Source: Macrostomum lignano
Taxonomy: Eukaryota
Assembly (NCBI GenBank): GCA_002269645.1
Contig: NIVC01002262.1
Location: 92,995 to 156,994, forward strand
Direction of reading: 5' to 3'
DNA length: 64,000 nucleotides
The notes under the pieces are model-generated. The model had not been told where the DNA came from, searched no databases, and saw nothing but the letters and a program-made list of their open reading frames with translations. This document shows, in pieces, positions 39,911-51,987 of the stretch. The position numbers and the translations under genes were made by a program. Each line of letters begins with the position of its first letter. Position 1 is the stretch's first letter.

Positions 39911-40476
39911 AAATTTCAAATGTACTTTCAAATCGGTTTTTAAGAGGCGCATGCTGACTTTGTCTGTCTGTCTCTGCTTGTCTGTCTCTGCTTGTCTGTC
40001 TCTACCTGTCTCTGTCGGTCTGTCTCTACTTGTCTGTCTGTACCTGTCTCTGTCCATCTGTCTCTTTTTGTTGGCCGGTCTTTGTCTGACTAGGCTGTCA
40101 TGAGAATTTCCCTGCGTCTTCATTATCACTTCAAATGAATGTACTGCTCTAATTTTCGGAGAAATTTGTTTTGATAGCCCAAAAGAATGTCAGCATGGAA
40201 TCAGACAACCAAATTTACATGGATTTATTGCGATTAAAATAATTAACGATTCAAATGGTGCTCACAAGTTTATTTGTAGTTTTTAAATTGCAAACTCAGA
40301 GATGTCAAAAAAAGAATTTGACCATGCAAGGTCTGTAAAACGAGTTATGAGAAGTCAGTCCGTCGAATATATTTGTTTTATTGGAGTAGCAGGACATAAA
40401 ATGCAACCATGCAAAAACGAGGGAATAAAAAAGTTGCGCTGTCGTCGAAAAGAGTTCAATAAATCTGGAGATGCAG

Positions 40477-41497
40477 CTACCGCATCAAGTCCTGCTCAGA
40501 CAGCAAGGCCACAACGCTGAACGGCTCGTTGGAGTGCACCGCGTGATGCTTCCGAAACTTGGCAAAGTGTAGGCCGATGTACCGGCACTTCGACATAAGC
40601 AGCAGCTGCCGGTAGCCGCGCACTTTGGAGGCCTTCTCAGACTCGCTCCGGGCGGTGCCGCCTACTGTGGAATTGTTGGTTCCGGGCGGCAGGGGCCGCT
40701 TGCCAGGTTTGTCGGTGTGCCTGTGAAAAATAAAAAAGGTTCCGGTAAAACAGGAACACAACGACAAAATCACACTTTTAAACTCACCTGCCCTCGACCC
40801 AATAGTGAAAAACTGCCTCAGGCAGGTCGCTCTTTGCGCGAACAGCGACGTCTGTAAACAGAAGGCAGTCGACAATCTCCAGTCTGTCGAAAGAAGCGCC
40901 GCTGTGATTCACTGTGAAGCGGAGTTCGTACCGGGTCTCAGCGGTGAATGTCAGACCAGCGGTTGTCTGGGCCCGTTCAGACCACACGGCTTTGGCACCG
41001 CGGCACAGGTCGCGGCTCAGGACCAACGGTCGAAGCCTCTGGCCATAGCGCCGTCTCAAGCTGTTTATCAAGGAAACCAGCGACTCGTTGAACACCCTTC
41101 GTTTCTCTTTAGAGATGGAGCCATAATGTTTCTTCCAGAAGCCGCTGTACCGACCGCCGAAGAACTCCAGTTTGTATTCATTTTGATTCTTCAACCTAGT
41201 GGCATTGCTGAGCTCCGGATCGTACTCGCTCTCTGACTTGTCGCGGGCATTGATCTCTTCAGTGCCAGACTGCGAGATGGACTGCGATCTGCTGCGTCTG
41301 GAACGCGCGTGCGGGTGGTGTTTTTGTGTTGGAGAACCATTGGGAGTCGGACTCCGGCTCGGAGCCCGATTTTCACGAGAACTTCTGCGGTGATTCAGGC
41401 TCCGACTGCGGTTGGGCGTTTGGTCGCGTCTTTGATGGGGACTTTTATTCTCCTTGAATTTCGGCATTTCGGAATTTTGAAGTTGCGGCGGTCTCAT
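40477..41497 (-). CDS. Divergent CAP/GAPR-1-like protein, paralog B, 317 aa, with an Arg/Ser-rich N-terminal extension. Exons 41497-40788 and 40720-40477
   Basis: Same motifs and intron position and phase as A; exon 2 is 244 nt, as in A and D. Confidence 0.75.
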
Positions 41498-42894
41498 TTT
41501 GACCTTTGATAAATCTGGCCGTATAGATGAGGGCCTGTAGTTTGATTGATTGACGCCTGCAGAGCCGGTCTGGGCGCTTTTTTATTGGAGTCTCGGCTGT
41601 TTATTAAAAATGGGACCCGCGGGTGAGCCAATCAGAGAGGGGCTGCGTGGCTACAAGGTTGGCTTGTTGGATTAGCGAGTTTTCTATGATATAAGCAAAA
41701 AAGGCATGACGGGGGGCATTTTCAAATGCCATCAAACCACACGACTGTACAACCGACAATGGTCTTGGGGATTGGTGTACATTTGCAATGGACATGGTCG
41801 TACGTTACTACTGACTTGATCAAACCATATTTTAATAGGTCTCAAAGTAGTGCAGTGTAACGTGCTTATTCCACTCCACAATCGGTAATCGGGCCACCAT
41901 TCACAACACCATTTCGTCAAACTCCAGTTCATATCGACAGTCTGTTGACGCAACTTCTATAAACTCTGATTCACTTTCGTCAAATTACGTCCAAAATCGT
42001 CAGTCTGCACTCAATTTAGTCAGTAGGACATTTGGACATTTGAGGGCTTGCACCTGAGCAAACCGATTTTACATGTACATTGTACCCAAGCACGCTCTTT
42101 CTGTGTGCCCCCCGCCGCATGTGTACTCCCTGTCTCGTTTTGGTTGGGTGGGCGCCCACCCCTCCGCCGGCGGGGAGGTATTTTATTCCAGCTGTGCTTG
42201 GGTCCCAGCTCATGTTGTCTTGCTGAAACTTACATCTGCTGCAATTTGATGCTCAGTTGATGCTTAAATGTTAGTTTTTGGCACAGAAAATGAACATATA
42301 AATTTGCGCTTGCTGTCGATATTGAGAAGGAGTTTGGCTAAAATGAATGTAGATTTACATGTACAGAGCTGGAACTGTCGAAGTTGAACTTCCGTTTGTC
42401 TAAAGTGAATTGGATTTTGAATGAAATTTAAGGCAGCTCGTAAACTGTGCAGTACTCAACCCTTGGAAGGTTTTAATCTGCATCTCTTCAAACAACTCAT
42501 GGTCTCTTCACCAAATGCTTTCAAATCCGCCCATCGTCAGTGTTCCCTTGCACAGCTGCTCCTTGTCTTGCCTTGGCAACCAAATTGTTAAATGAAAACA
42601 TTCCCGTTGATAACGAAGTCGGCAGAGTCACTCGTAAATCAAAGAAAAAAACAGAAAAGTACATAAATTTTATATAATCGAAGCATTTGCGAAAGCGATA
42701 ACAAGAGCTGCAGTCTGCAGTCTGTGTATTTGGTTACGGATTTAAAATGGCCGTGTAAAATGGTTTGAATACAATTGGTCTAAAAAAAATTTTCTAAGAT
42801 TCTAAGATTAGTTCTTAGAAAACATGGCCCAGAATGATGTAAATGAGGTACGAGAGTTGAAGTTGCCGCACGCCTTCCCCTTTCCCCAGAATTA

Positions 42895-43625
42895 TTAGCC
42901 GAACACGACAACAACACTGTAGGGCGTTTTGCTGGATGAGCACAGACTCAGCTTGCCGAAGTGCACGCCGATTCGCCTGTTGGCAGAGAATTTCCACTGG
43001 CCTGCCAATATTAGAAAAAAGGAGCCCCGGCATTTCTCCAGCTCCGCGCGAAATGTCTCATCGATCGGTGGATAGCTCTGCGGTAGAGCACGCTTCCCCG
43101 GTCGGGACGTGTACCTGCAGGAAAAATAGTAGGGTTGCATGTAAGCAAGTAGCGAATTTATTTTTACTATGACTCAAGTTCTTAGCTAAGCTCATTAATC
43201 ATGACGCATTACCTGCCACAGGTAGTCCAGAAGTGAACGGCCGCCTCTGGTAGCTCTCGCTTCGACCGGATGACATTGTCCGTGTAGGACAAGCAGTCGT
43301 AGAACTTCCCTTCCCCGGAGTCTGAATTGGCCTTATCTGTGTAGTCAGGGGCCAAGAACTGGTTGTACGGCATGGCTACCAGGCCGTGCGGCTGCTTGGC
43401 CGAGACGTTCCAGGCTTTTTCGGCGATCTTGCACAGCTGCTCATTGAGCTGCACGAGCGGACCCAGGAACTCTCGTCTCTTGGCGTTGATTAGCGACACC
43501 AGGGCCTCGTTGAAAGCGGCCCGTTTCTTCTGTGAAATGGGACGACAGACATTAACATTCAAGACTTCTTCGTGTTCCTGAGTCGTCGGGACTTCTGGTT
43601 TAGTCCTTTTGTACATAGAGCTCAT
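42895..43625 (-). CDS. Divergent CAP/GAPR-1-like protein, paralog C, ~210 aa. Exons 43625-43213 and 43114-42895
   Basis: Same motifs and phase-2 intron. The start codon is chosen by analogy with A (MSSM); the ORF stays open further upstream to 43910. Confidence 0.72.
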
Positions 43626-44139
43626 TGCTGCAAAGACCTTCACAAGCCGTCGAATTGTCTCTCGTTTGCCAAGAAGCTGACAGAAGCTCGCAGCTTGAGG
43701 TTTTAAAGAATGCACTGCACGTTCTTGGTTTTGGAATTTTAATGACAAACGGCGTACAAGCAGGTGTACAAAACTCATTTTACAAGAGGTAGTGCACGCT
43801 GATTGGCTGGGGTTGGGTGGATGGTCGGTCCGAGGCCGCCACCCCTCTACATGATAACAACTCTCTTTCTCTCTCTCTTTAATCCAATGCCCAAAGTCAC
43901 TGAAGTTCATCTGTATTGAGGTTTGTAAATGTGTAAAAAGGGGTTTGCTAACAACACCTCATTAGTTGAAGTCAATTTTATTTAAAGCCTGACTAAATTT
44001 TAGGACAGCGCGTGCCTTTAGCTCTCGAAACATCAAGAGGAGAGGTTGCTTATGAAAAAATGAATCACAAATTTGTTAAATATATAATTCCTTACTCATA
44101 TATGATTAATTATAGCTCGCATCATTAATTAGCGGGCGC

Positions 44140-44900
44140 CCCTGTGATCCTGCACCGGGAGCCGCTAATCCTCCCCATGATCCTGCACCGGGAGCCGCTA
44201 ATCCTCCCCATGATCCTGCACCGGGAGCCGCTAATCCTCCCCATGATCCTGCACCGGGAGCCGCTACCCTCCCCATGATCCTGCACTGGGAGCCGCTAAT
44301 CTTCCCCATGATCCTGCACCGGGAGCCGCTACCCTCCCCATGATCCTGCACCGGGAGTCGCTACCCTCCCCATGATCCTGCACTGGGAGCCGCTAATCCT
44401 CCCCATGATCCTGCACCGGGAGCCGCTACCCTCCCCATGATCTTGCACTGGGAGCCGCTAATCCTCCCATGATCCTGCACCGGGAGCCGCTAATCCTCCC
44501 CATGATCCTGCACCGGGAGCCGCTACCCTCCCCATGATCCTGCACTGGGAGCCGCTAATCTTCCCCATGATCCTGCACCGGGAGCCGCTACCCTCCCCAT
44601 GATCCTGCACCGGGAGTCGCTACCCTCCCCATGATCCTGCACTGGGAGCCGCTAATCCTCCCCATGATCCTGCACCGGGAGCCGCTACCCTCCCCATGAT
44701 CTTGCACTGGGAGCCGCTAATCCTCCCCATGATCCTGCACCGGGAGCCGCTAATCCTCCCCATGATCCTGCACCGGGAGCCGCTACCCTCCCCATGATCC
44801 TGCACTGGGAGCCGCTAATCTTCCCCATGATCCTGCACCGGGAGCCGCTACCCTCCCAATGATCCTGCACCGGGAGCCGCTACCCTCCCCATGATCCTGC
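44140..44900. repeat. 32-33-bp minisatellite (ATGATCCTGCACCGGGAGCCGCTAATCCTCCCC), ~23 copies
   Basis: Read directly. Confidence 0.95.
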
Positions 44901-45174
44901 AGCTTGAGTATGAATTTTCTACCGATTACAAAAAGAGTTATAATTAAGAGATTTTTGCATACTCAGCATCTGACACAATAGAAGGCATAATTTTTCGAAT
45001 GTTTTATTTATTTTTCCACACAAATTCACACAATTTTTATTTAACATGCCAAGTTAACAAGATGTAATTCAGTAAGACAGATGGAGCTCAAAATTCTAGC
45101 AAACTGTACTTGTGGATTAAAATCTAGGAAGGTGTATAAAAGATGAGTCATTGTGAGCAGGGGTCAGTTGAAAC

Positions 45175-47048
45175 TCAGAAGTCAGCCAGGTCCTTCTGAT
45201 CGAACACGGCCACCACGCTGTAGGGCTCGCGGGCCGACCTCAGCCTCCGGTTGGAGCGGCCAAAATGCAGGCCGATTCGCTGGTTGGCGAAGTCACCCTG
45301 GCCCAGCAGCATCGGCAGGAACTGGCCGCGGCACTTTGCCAGGCTGGCGCGGGCTTCTTTGTCGAGTTCCGGGTAGCTTTCGGACAGCGGCCCCTTGCTG
45401 GGCTGGCTCGTGGTGTACCTGAGCAGGGGGCGGCGAGGATGGAGACTTTGAAGATGTCCGCGTTACTGACCTCTGTCTTAAATAAACTACCAAACTAGAT
45501 TTACCTGAATAAACTACCAAACTAGATTTACCTGAATAAACTATGAAACTAGATTTACCTGAATAAACTATCAAACTAGATTTACCTGAATAAACTACCA
45601 AACTAGATTTACCTGAATAAACTAACAAACTAGATTTACCTGAATAAACTATCAAACTAGATTTACCTGAATAAACTACCAAACTAGATTTACCTGAATA
45701 AACTAACAAACTAGATTTACCTGAATAAACTACCAAACTAGATTTACCTGAATAAACTACCAAACTAGATTTACCTGAATAAACTAACAAACTAGATTTA
45801 CCTGAATAAACTACCAAACTAGATTTACCTGAATAAACTAACAAACTAGATTTACCTGAATAAACTATGAAACTAGATTTACCTGAATAAACTATCAAAC
45901 TAGATTTACCTGAATAAACTAACAAAGTAGATTTACCTGAATAAACTACCAAACTAGATTTACCTGAATAAACTAACAAACTAGATTTACCTGAATAAAC
46001 TAACAAACTAGATTTACCTGAATAAACTACCAAACTAGATTTACCTGAATAAACTACCAAACTAGATTTACCTGAATAAACTAACAAACTAGATTTACCT
46101 GAATAAACTATGAAACTAGATTTACCTGAATAAACTATCAAACTAGATTTACCTGAATAAACTAACAAACTAGATTTACCTGAATAAACTATGAAACTAG
46201 ATTTACCTGAATAAACTAACAAACTAGATTTACCTGAATAAACTAACAAACTAGATTTACCTGAATAAACTACCAAACTAGATTTACCTAAATAAACTAA
46301 CAAAGTAGATTTACCTGAATAAACTACCAAACTAGATTTACCTAAATAAACTAACAAACTAGATTTACCTGAATAAACTATGAAACTAGATTTACCTGAA
46401 TAAACTATGAAACTAGATTTACCTGAATAAACTATGAAACTAGATTTACCTGAATAAACTACCAAACTAGATTTACCTGAATAAACTAACAAACTAGATT
46501 TACCTGAATAAACTATGAAACTAGATTTACCTGAATAAACTACCAAACTAGATTTACCTGAATAAACTAACAAACTATATCTACCTGAATAAACTGCTAA
46601 ACTAGACTTACTTTCCTTCGTTTGTCCAGAAGTGAAACACAGCCCCTGGCAGGTCCCGCTTCGACCGGACAACATTATCAGTATAGGACATGCAGTCAAC
46701 AAAGTAGGCCTGAGTCTTGCTTTCCCGCTGCCCGACCTTGTTCACTTCAACAATCACTTCGAAGCCGTTGTTAGGAATGGCGTACAGGCCGTGCGGCACC
46801 TGGGCCCTGGCATTCCACACGGTCTTGGCCACCTTGCACAGAGTGGGGCACAGGATTAACGGCTGCACGTGACATTCCTTGCGTTTGGCGTTGATCAGCG
46901 ACAGCAGAGCTGAGTTAAAGACCTGCTGCTTCTCGGCAGAGATGTTCATGCAGTGATCAGCCACCTTGCCGCGGGTGGCTTCTGTAGACACCGCCCTGAC
47001 TTTGATCTCTTTGACTTGGCGTCTGTAACAACAGCAGCAGCAGCTCAT
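45175..47048 (-). CDS. Divergent CAP/GAPR-1-like protein, paralog D, 226 aa, starting MSCCCCCYRR. Exons 47048-46612 and 45418-45175
   Basis: Same motifs. Splice AA|GTAAGT ... CTGCTCAG|G TAC; exon 2 reads YTTSQPSKGPL...IGLHFGR...PYSVVAVFDQKDLADF*. Confidence 0.75.
45481..46611 (-). repeat. 27-bp tandem array, ~42 copies; sense-strand unit GTAAATCTAGTTTG(G/T)TAGTTTATTCAG, filling the paralog D intron
   Basis: Period of 27 read directly; the first copy begins at the real splice donor. Confidence 0.96.
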
Positions 47049-47954
47049 GGTTGAAGATTCCAATGTCCCAGGCCTGACTTGACGATGCAAAGAAAACACT
47101 GGCACCTGGCACCGCCTTGCCCCGCAGATCTGCCAACGAATTTTAGGGCAAATCGGACTCATTTAGCTGTGTACTTTCTGTCCCTAATGTACGCATAGAG
47201 AATGCGAATCTTAACCGTGATTGGTTGGAGGGGCTGTGAAGCTCTTCACAGTACAGAGTACATCGATTGAGCGCTTGTTATCATCAAATTTAATGTACGT
47301 AAAAGAATTTGTATTTCATAATAGAATGAATGAACTTTGTGCTAGCTACGAGCGTACATTCCTTATCTGTTCGTCACGCGCCAGTTGAAATCTATATTTT
47401 GTGTTAGTTATTTGATGCTCAACTTAGTCAGTTTTCAAATTCACCGTAATAAATAAAAACAGCTAAAACTACTGAAAAGTCTAAATGTTTTTTCCACAGA
47501 CGATGCCTAAAAATTGACTCGAGCCAAAAAATGCTATTGGTGAGCAGAGGTCTTGATCTGACCTGTCAATCATACGCTATTCGTATTCAGAGAAAAGTTT
47601 TTACGCATTAAAAGAAAATAGCTGAGAGGCAAGACATGCTCTCGAGTGAAAGGAATGGTGCAGAGACAAAAGCCCCACTAGAAGTAATGAATTGCTAAAT
47701 AGCGAGAGTGAAATGAGGATTTGAAGTAAAAGCTGGCAGACAACAGGACATTGACAGAAATATAGTTGAAAAATCTAAACGCATTCTGATGGAATGAACG
47801 AAGCCAACGCAACTCGACGCCCCAAGCATATTTTGTAGGCGATTTTTGCTTGGCTTGCAAAGAAACTCTGCTTAATTAAGCCAAGCTATTAATGAAATTC
47901 TCGGCAACAGTTCCAATGATTTATTAAACTCGATGTTATTAAAAATAATTAACG

Positions 47955-49965
47955 GTCAGACCACCGACTCCTGCTCTGCGACCTGCGGCTCCGCGACCAG
48001 CTCTACCGACCGCCAAAGCAGCGGCCACGACGCTAATATCGCGCTCTGTTGGACACCCACGTGAAGCGTCAATTCGCGGGCGCCTTCGTCGGCGCGCTTG
48101 GAGACCAGAGCGAGGCGGAGTATTCCGACATCAGCACCACCACTATAGTCGCTGCGGAGCAGACAGTCACGCTGATGCGGCCGGCGCAGAAATCGCTGCC
48201 TGTCTGGCAGAGCGACCCGACCATCAGGCAGGCGCAGCTTAATATCGAGCGACTCCGCAGAAACCGGCGGCCCACGGGCAACGCTGAAGACGTGTTTGAG
48301 CGCCTTCTAGACGAGAGGCAGCAGAATGCTGTCGACGACGCGATCCGGACCATCACTGCAGCCGGCCCCGACGTGAAGAGTCGCGTAGTGTGGACGGCCG
48401 TCCGGACTCTGACGGGGTGCTGAAAGCGCGTGGCGCTGAACTTGGCCGGCGACACCCCGGAGGAGCGAAGGAAGGAATTGTGCGACTTCGTCGCCGTCAA
48501 CGTGAACCCACCGGCGTCGCCGCTGCCCGCCAGTTTTGCGCTCCCACTAGACACGCCGCTTCCAGATGAGAAGGACTTCTGCTCCAGCCCAGTCACCACG
48601 GAGCTCGTTGTGCTGTTTGTTTGGAAAACACGAGGCGGCAAGGCGCTCGCGCCAGACGAAGGCAGGGACAACGCGGAAGGAAGACCACCGCGGGATCTCG
48701 CTGATGTCTTGCACGGCGTAGGTCTTCAACCGGTTGCTACTCGATCGCCTGCAGTCGGTGCTGGACCATTATCTGCGGTACGAGCAGAACGGATTCCGGC
48801 CGCAACGCGATACAGTGACAGATCCTCGCACTCCGCCATGTAATCGATGAGACGCGCACCGCCAGTCTACGCTGATCATTGTCTTCGTTGACTTTCGAAA
48901 GGCGTCCGACTCAGTGTTGAGAGCCGAGCTTCCTTTTGTCCTTTGAGCTCACCGGGTCCCGCAGAAGCTAACTAACGCAGTCATGTCGCTGTATTGCGAC
49001 ACTCGAGCTGCTGTGGTGACGGCGGACGGCCTGTCTGACCTGTTTGACACTTCATTGGGAGTTCTGCAGGGCGACGCGCTGGCGCCGTTCCTCTTCGTCC
49101 TGCTGCTGGACTGGGTGCTTCGGACCGCACTCCCCTCGCGGCTGATGATGGTTTCCTGCTTCGCAGACGCATCGGTCGCCGCCACGGCGAAAAGCGCCTG
49201 GGCGTGCTTAGCTACGCCAAAGACCTCGCCCTCCTGTCCTCGTCCGTTGAAGGCACGCAGTGCCAGATCGATAGGCTGGTCAAGGTGGCATCGAGTGTCG
49301 ATCTGGTTGTCAACACGCTGAAGATCAAGGTGCTGACTGCGCTAGCCGACCAGACTTGCCGAGGCGCAGACGGGCAGAACCAGGCTCGCACGCTGCCAGC
49401 GGTTCACCTACCTCGGCGGTCTGGTGCGCCACATGGAGGAAGACCTCCGGCGACTCAGAGGACTTGCCTGGCCGGCTTTCCAAACGATCCAACACGTCCT
49501 TCAGTCAGAAGCGCTGCCCGACCGCCAGAGAAGCTGTGGCTGTGGCAGGCAGTGGTCGAAACGGTCCTGCTATACAACGCCGAGACGTGGACGCTGTCGG
49601 CTACGTTGGAGCGGCACTTGGACTCAGCGCACTCAGGGCTGCTCCATGCGGCCTTTCGAGCTGACGAGTGTCGGGACCGAGGCCCTATACGATTGGGCCA
49701 AACTGCAGCGCTCCTCCATCATCCTGCGCCGTCGGCGACTTCAACTGACGATCCACGTGATCCGGGCCGAGGGCTACTGTCCCCACCTGTTCAGGACGTC
49801 CTGCTGCTCACTTTGCATGGCTCATTCAGTTCTGGTCAGGCCCAAACCCGTCGATACGTGGACTGCCTCCTATCCGACGCTGGGGCACATGACATTGCCA
49901 ATGGGGCGTACTTTGTCCGCTCTCAGGCTCTGCGGCGCGCCATCTGACGCGCCCTTCTCTAACTG
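47955..49965 (+). mobile_element. Degenerate, 5'-truncated non-LTR retrotransposon (RTE/CR1-like reverse transcriptase)
   Basis: RT motif LGVLQGDALAPFLFVLLLDWVLR (~49055), a decayed YADD-like LSYAKDLAL, and VVETVLLYNAETWTL. Multiple frameshifts. Confidence 0.85.
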
Positions 49966-50359
49966 TTAGCTTGCATGCGGGGCTTTTTTATTTTTTTGTT
50001 TGTCGCAAACAAGTTTCTCTCCCACATGGAACTGCAACCATCTGCTTTCATTCCCAGTGGCGAAGGCAACAAAGTAAGCCATTAAATTTTCTTCTTTCAT
50101 TTCGCAACCCGCAATTAAACACAGAAGCTGAAATATAATTTGCCAATTGGAAACAGCTTCCATATTTTTTGTCGGCTCCGGCCCCAACAGCAAAGGTGCG
50201 GATCTTTAATTTAATTTACCGTTGCAAGTACATGTAGGCAGGAAAACTCGCAGTTACAATAATTTGCAGGGGGTTGTGAGCGCTGCCAGAAGTCAAGGCG
50301 AAAGTCGATCCACAGTTAGCGAGGAGACCGGCAGACATGCCGATTCCGGCCTCTTCATC

Positions 50360-51018
50360 AGCTGCTCTCCGACGCTCACTCTGTACTTCGTAGTCGCGCT
50401 TTCGACTTGAAAGAAGGCGTTCAGAGTTCAGAGTTCCGTTCCAGTCGCTGAACTCTCATCGAACAGGGAGAGCGGCGTCTCTCGTGAGCAGGTGCAGATT
50501 GTCCAGTCCGATCCAGAAGTTCGCGTTCTCGCCCTGCCCGAAGCCGCTCACGTATTTGGCCCAGCTTTCGTTGAAATTGACGGAGGCGTCCACTCGGTGC
50601 TGGAATGTCCGCCAGAAAAAATTGACGTTTCAGTTTTCGAACATGGAAGTTTAGTGCAGATTTTGTAAAAATGGAAAATCAAACTCAGAGACTCAAGATT
50701 TCTCTGCGTTCAACTCTGCCAGACATGCGGAAAGCTTGAATTTCGGGCGTTCCTGCATTTTCTGCATCCATTTCAGCCTCCAAGGCACAGGTACAGTCAG
50801 CACAGACTCTGAGCTTCATCGGATTGCACAGCATGCGCTGCGCTCATGCCAGCAATGGCGCAGGCCATCGCTCTTCATGCTTGCATACCCATAAGCTCGT
50901 ATTCCCCTTTCAAGTCTTCTCTTGTCAGGCGCCATTCGGCAATGGATACCCTCTGACATTCGACATCAGGCTTGCCAAGTATTACAGCTAGCGCAAGCAG
51001 CAAACACGGGATGTCCAT
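50360..51018 (-). pseudogene. Pseudogenised PAN/apple + fibrinogen-domain paralog. Exon 1 relic 51018-50719; FReD fragment ~50615-50360
   Basis: Exon 1 reads MDIPCLLLAL...GCRKCRNARNSSFPHVW with three in-frame TGA stops. The FReD fragment is near-identical to 52320-52560 but truncated at both ends. Confidence 0.8.
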
Positions 51019-51262
51019 CGCTACCGCCTTCACGAGCTTAGCTGCACTTTGATGCCTCCAAACGACATGCAGTCTAGAAGCTTACCTTATCACGGCGAGG
51101 CTGGCTTTATAGGCCAGATGAAGAGTAGATGAAGATCTCCTCCGTTCGACTCCGTTAAAGATTACTGTAATCTTTATAAGCACTGCTGATGGTTTCTACA
51201 CGTACACACGCATGCATAATTCATAACTGTAATGAGCATTCAGGCACCGAAGCGTCACAGTA

Positions 51263-51829
51263 TCACGGAAACTGTTTTAAAGACCAATTATGTTGTCTGG
51301 CATCGAACTTCTCTAAAAACCTTTGGCCATTCGAACACTTGACAGGTACTTTGCTCGTACACTTATCTTTAAGGCAGGTAGAAATATTTTTGAGTCCTAT
51401 TGATAGGCGACTGCCATTAATCAGCAGTGAGATTGCATATTCGCTAATTTTGAGCAAGATTTAGGCAAAAAAATCTATCGCATACAGGTGGCTCGTGTGC
51501 TCACGGCTGGCACCATCGACGGATACGTTTGAAGGACTGTTCAAGATTAGGGTGAAGAGCAGCTCTGTGGTGAACGCTACGACCCCTGAGTCGATTCCAG
51601 TCGCGGTGACATTCATTTCAGACTTGTGCACGAAAATCAGCTGGAAGATTCGTGTTTGGTTTGAGAGCCTTAATGTACATGGCGTCAAGTATGGTAAATT
51701 TATGATCTTGTCTACAAGAGTCAATGACTTAAAATAGTTGAGGTGGCTCTTAATTACAACAGCTATCACACTGTAGCAAGTGGTCCCGAACAGCAGAGTT
51801 ATTAACCCCATGTTCCTTGGGTACAGCAT
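51263..51829 (-). pseudogene. ~188-codon frame for a putative secreted glycoprotein, broken by one in-frame TAA (51463-51461)
   Basis: Track ORFs 51461-51829 and 51263-51457 are in the same frame. Signal-like MGLITLLFGTTCYSVIA and six N-x-S/T sequons. Confidence 0.4.
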
Positions 51830-51987
51830 TTCTTTAAAATAAATGATTCTTTATAAAACTTAACCCAAGTTATTTGCCTTCCATGCAAACAAGCACTCGA
51901 CTGCTCTGGCGCAGCAAAAGCTGAGTGATGATTACCCAAGGGTCAAACAATCAGAGTTATTTTAATGTTGGAAAAAAGCTTTGGCAC

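Noticed and set aside
45293-46702. 469-aa SGKSSLLVY-repeat ORF
   Set aside because: Out of frame with paralog D and produced by a stop-free 27-bp unit inside a well-defined intron.
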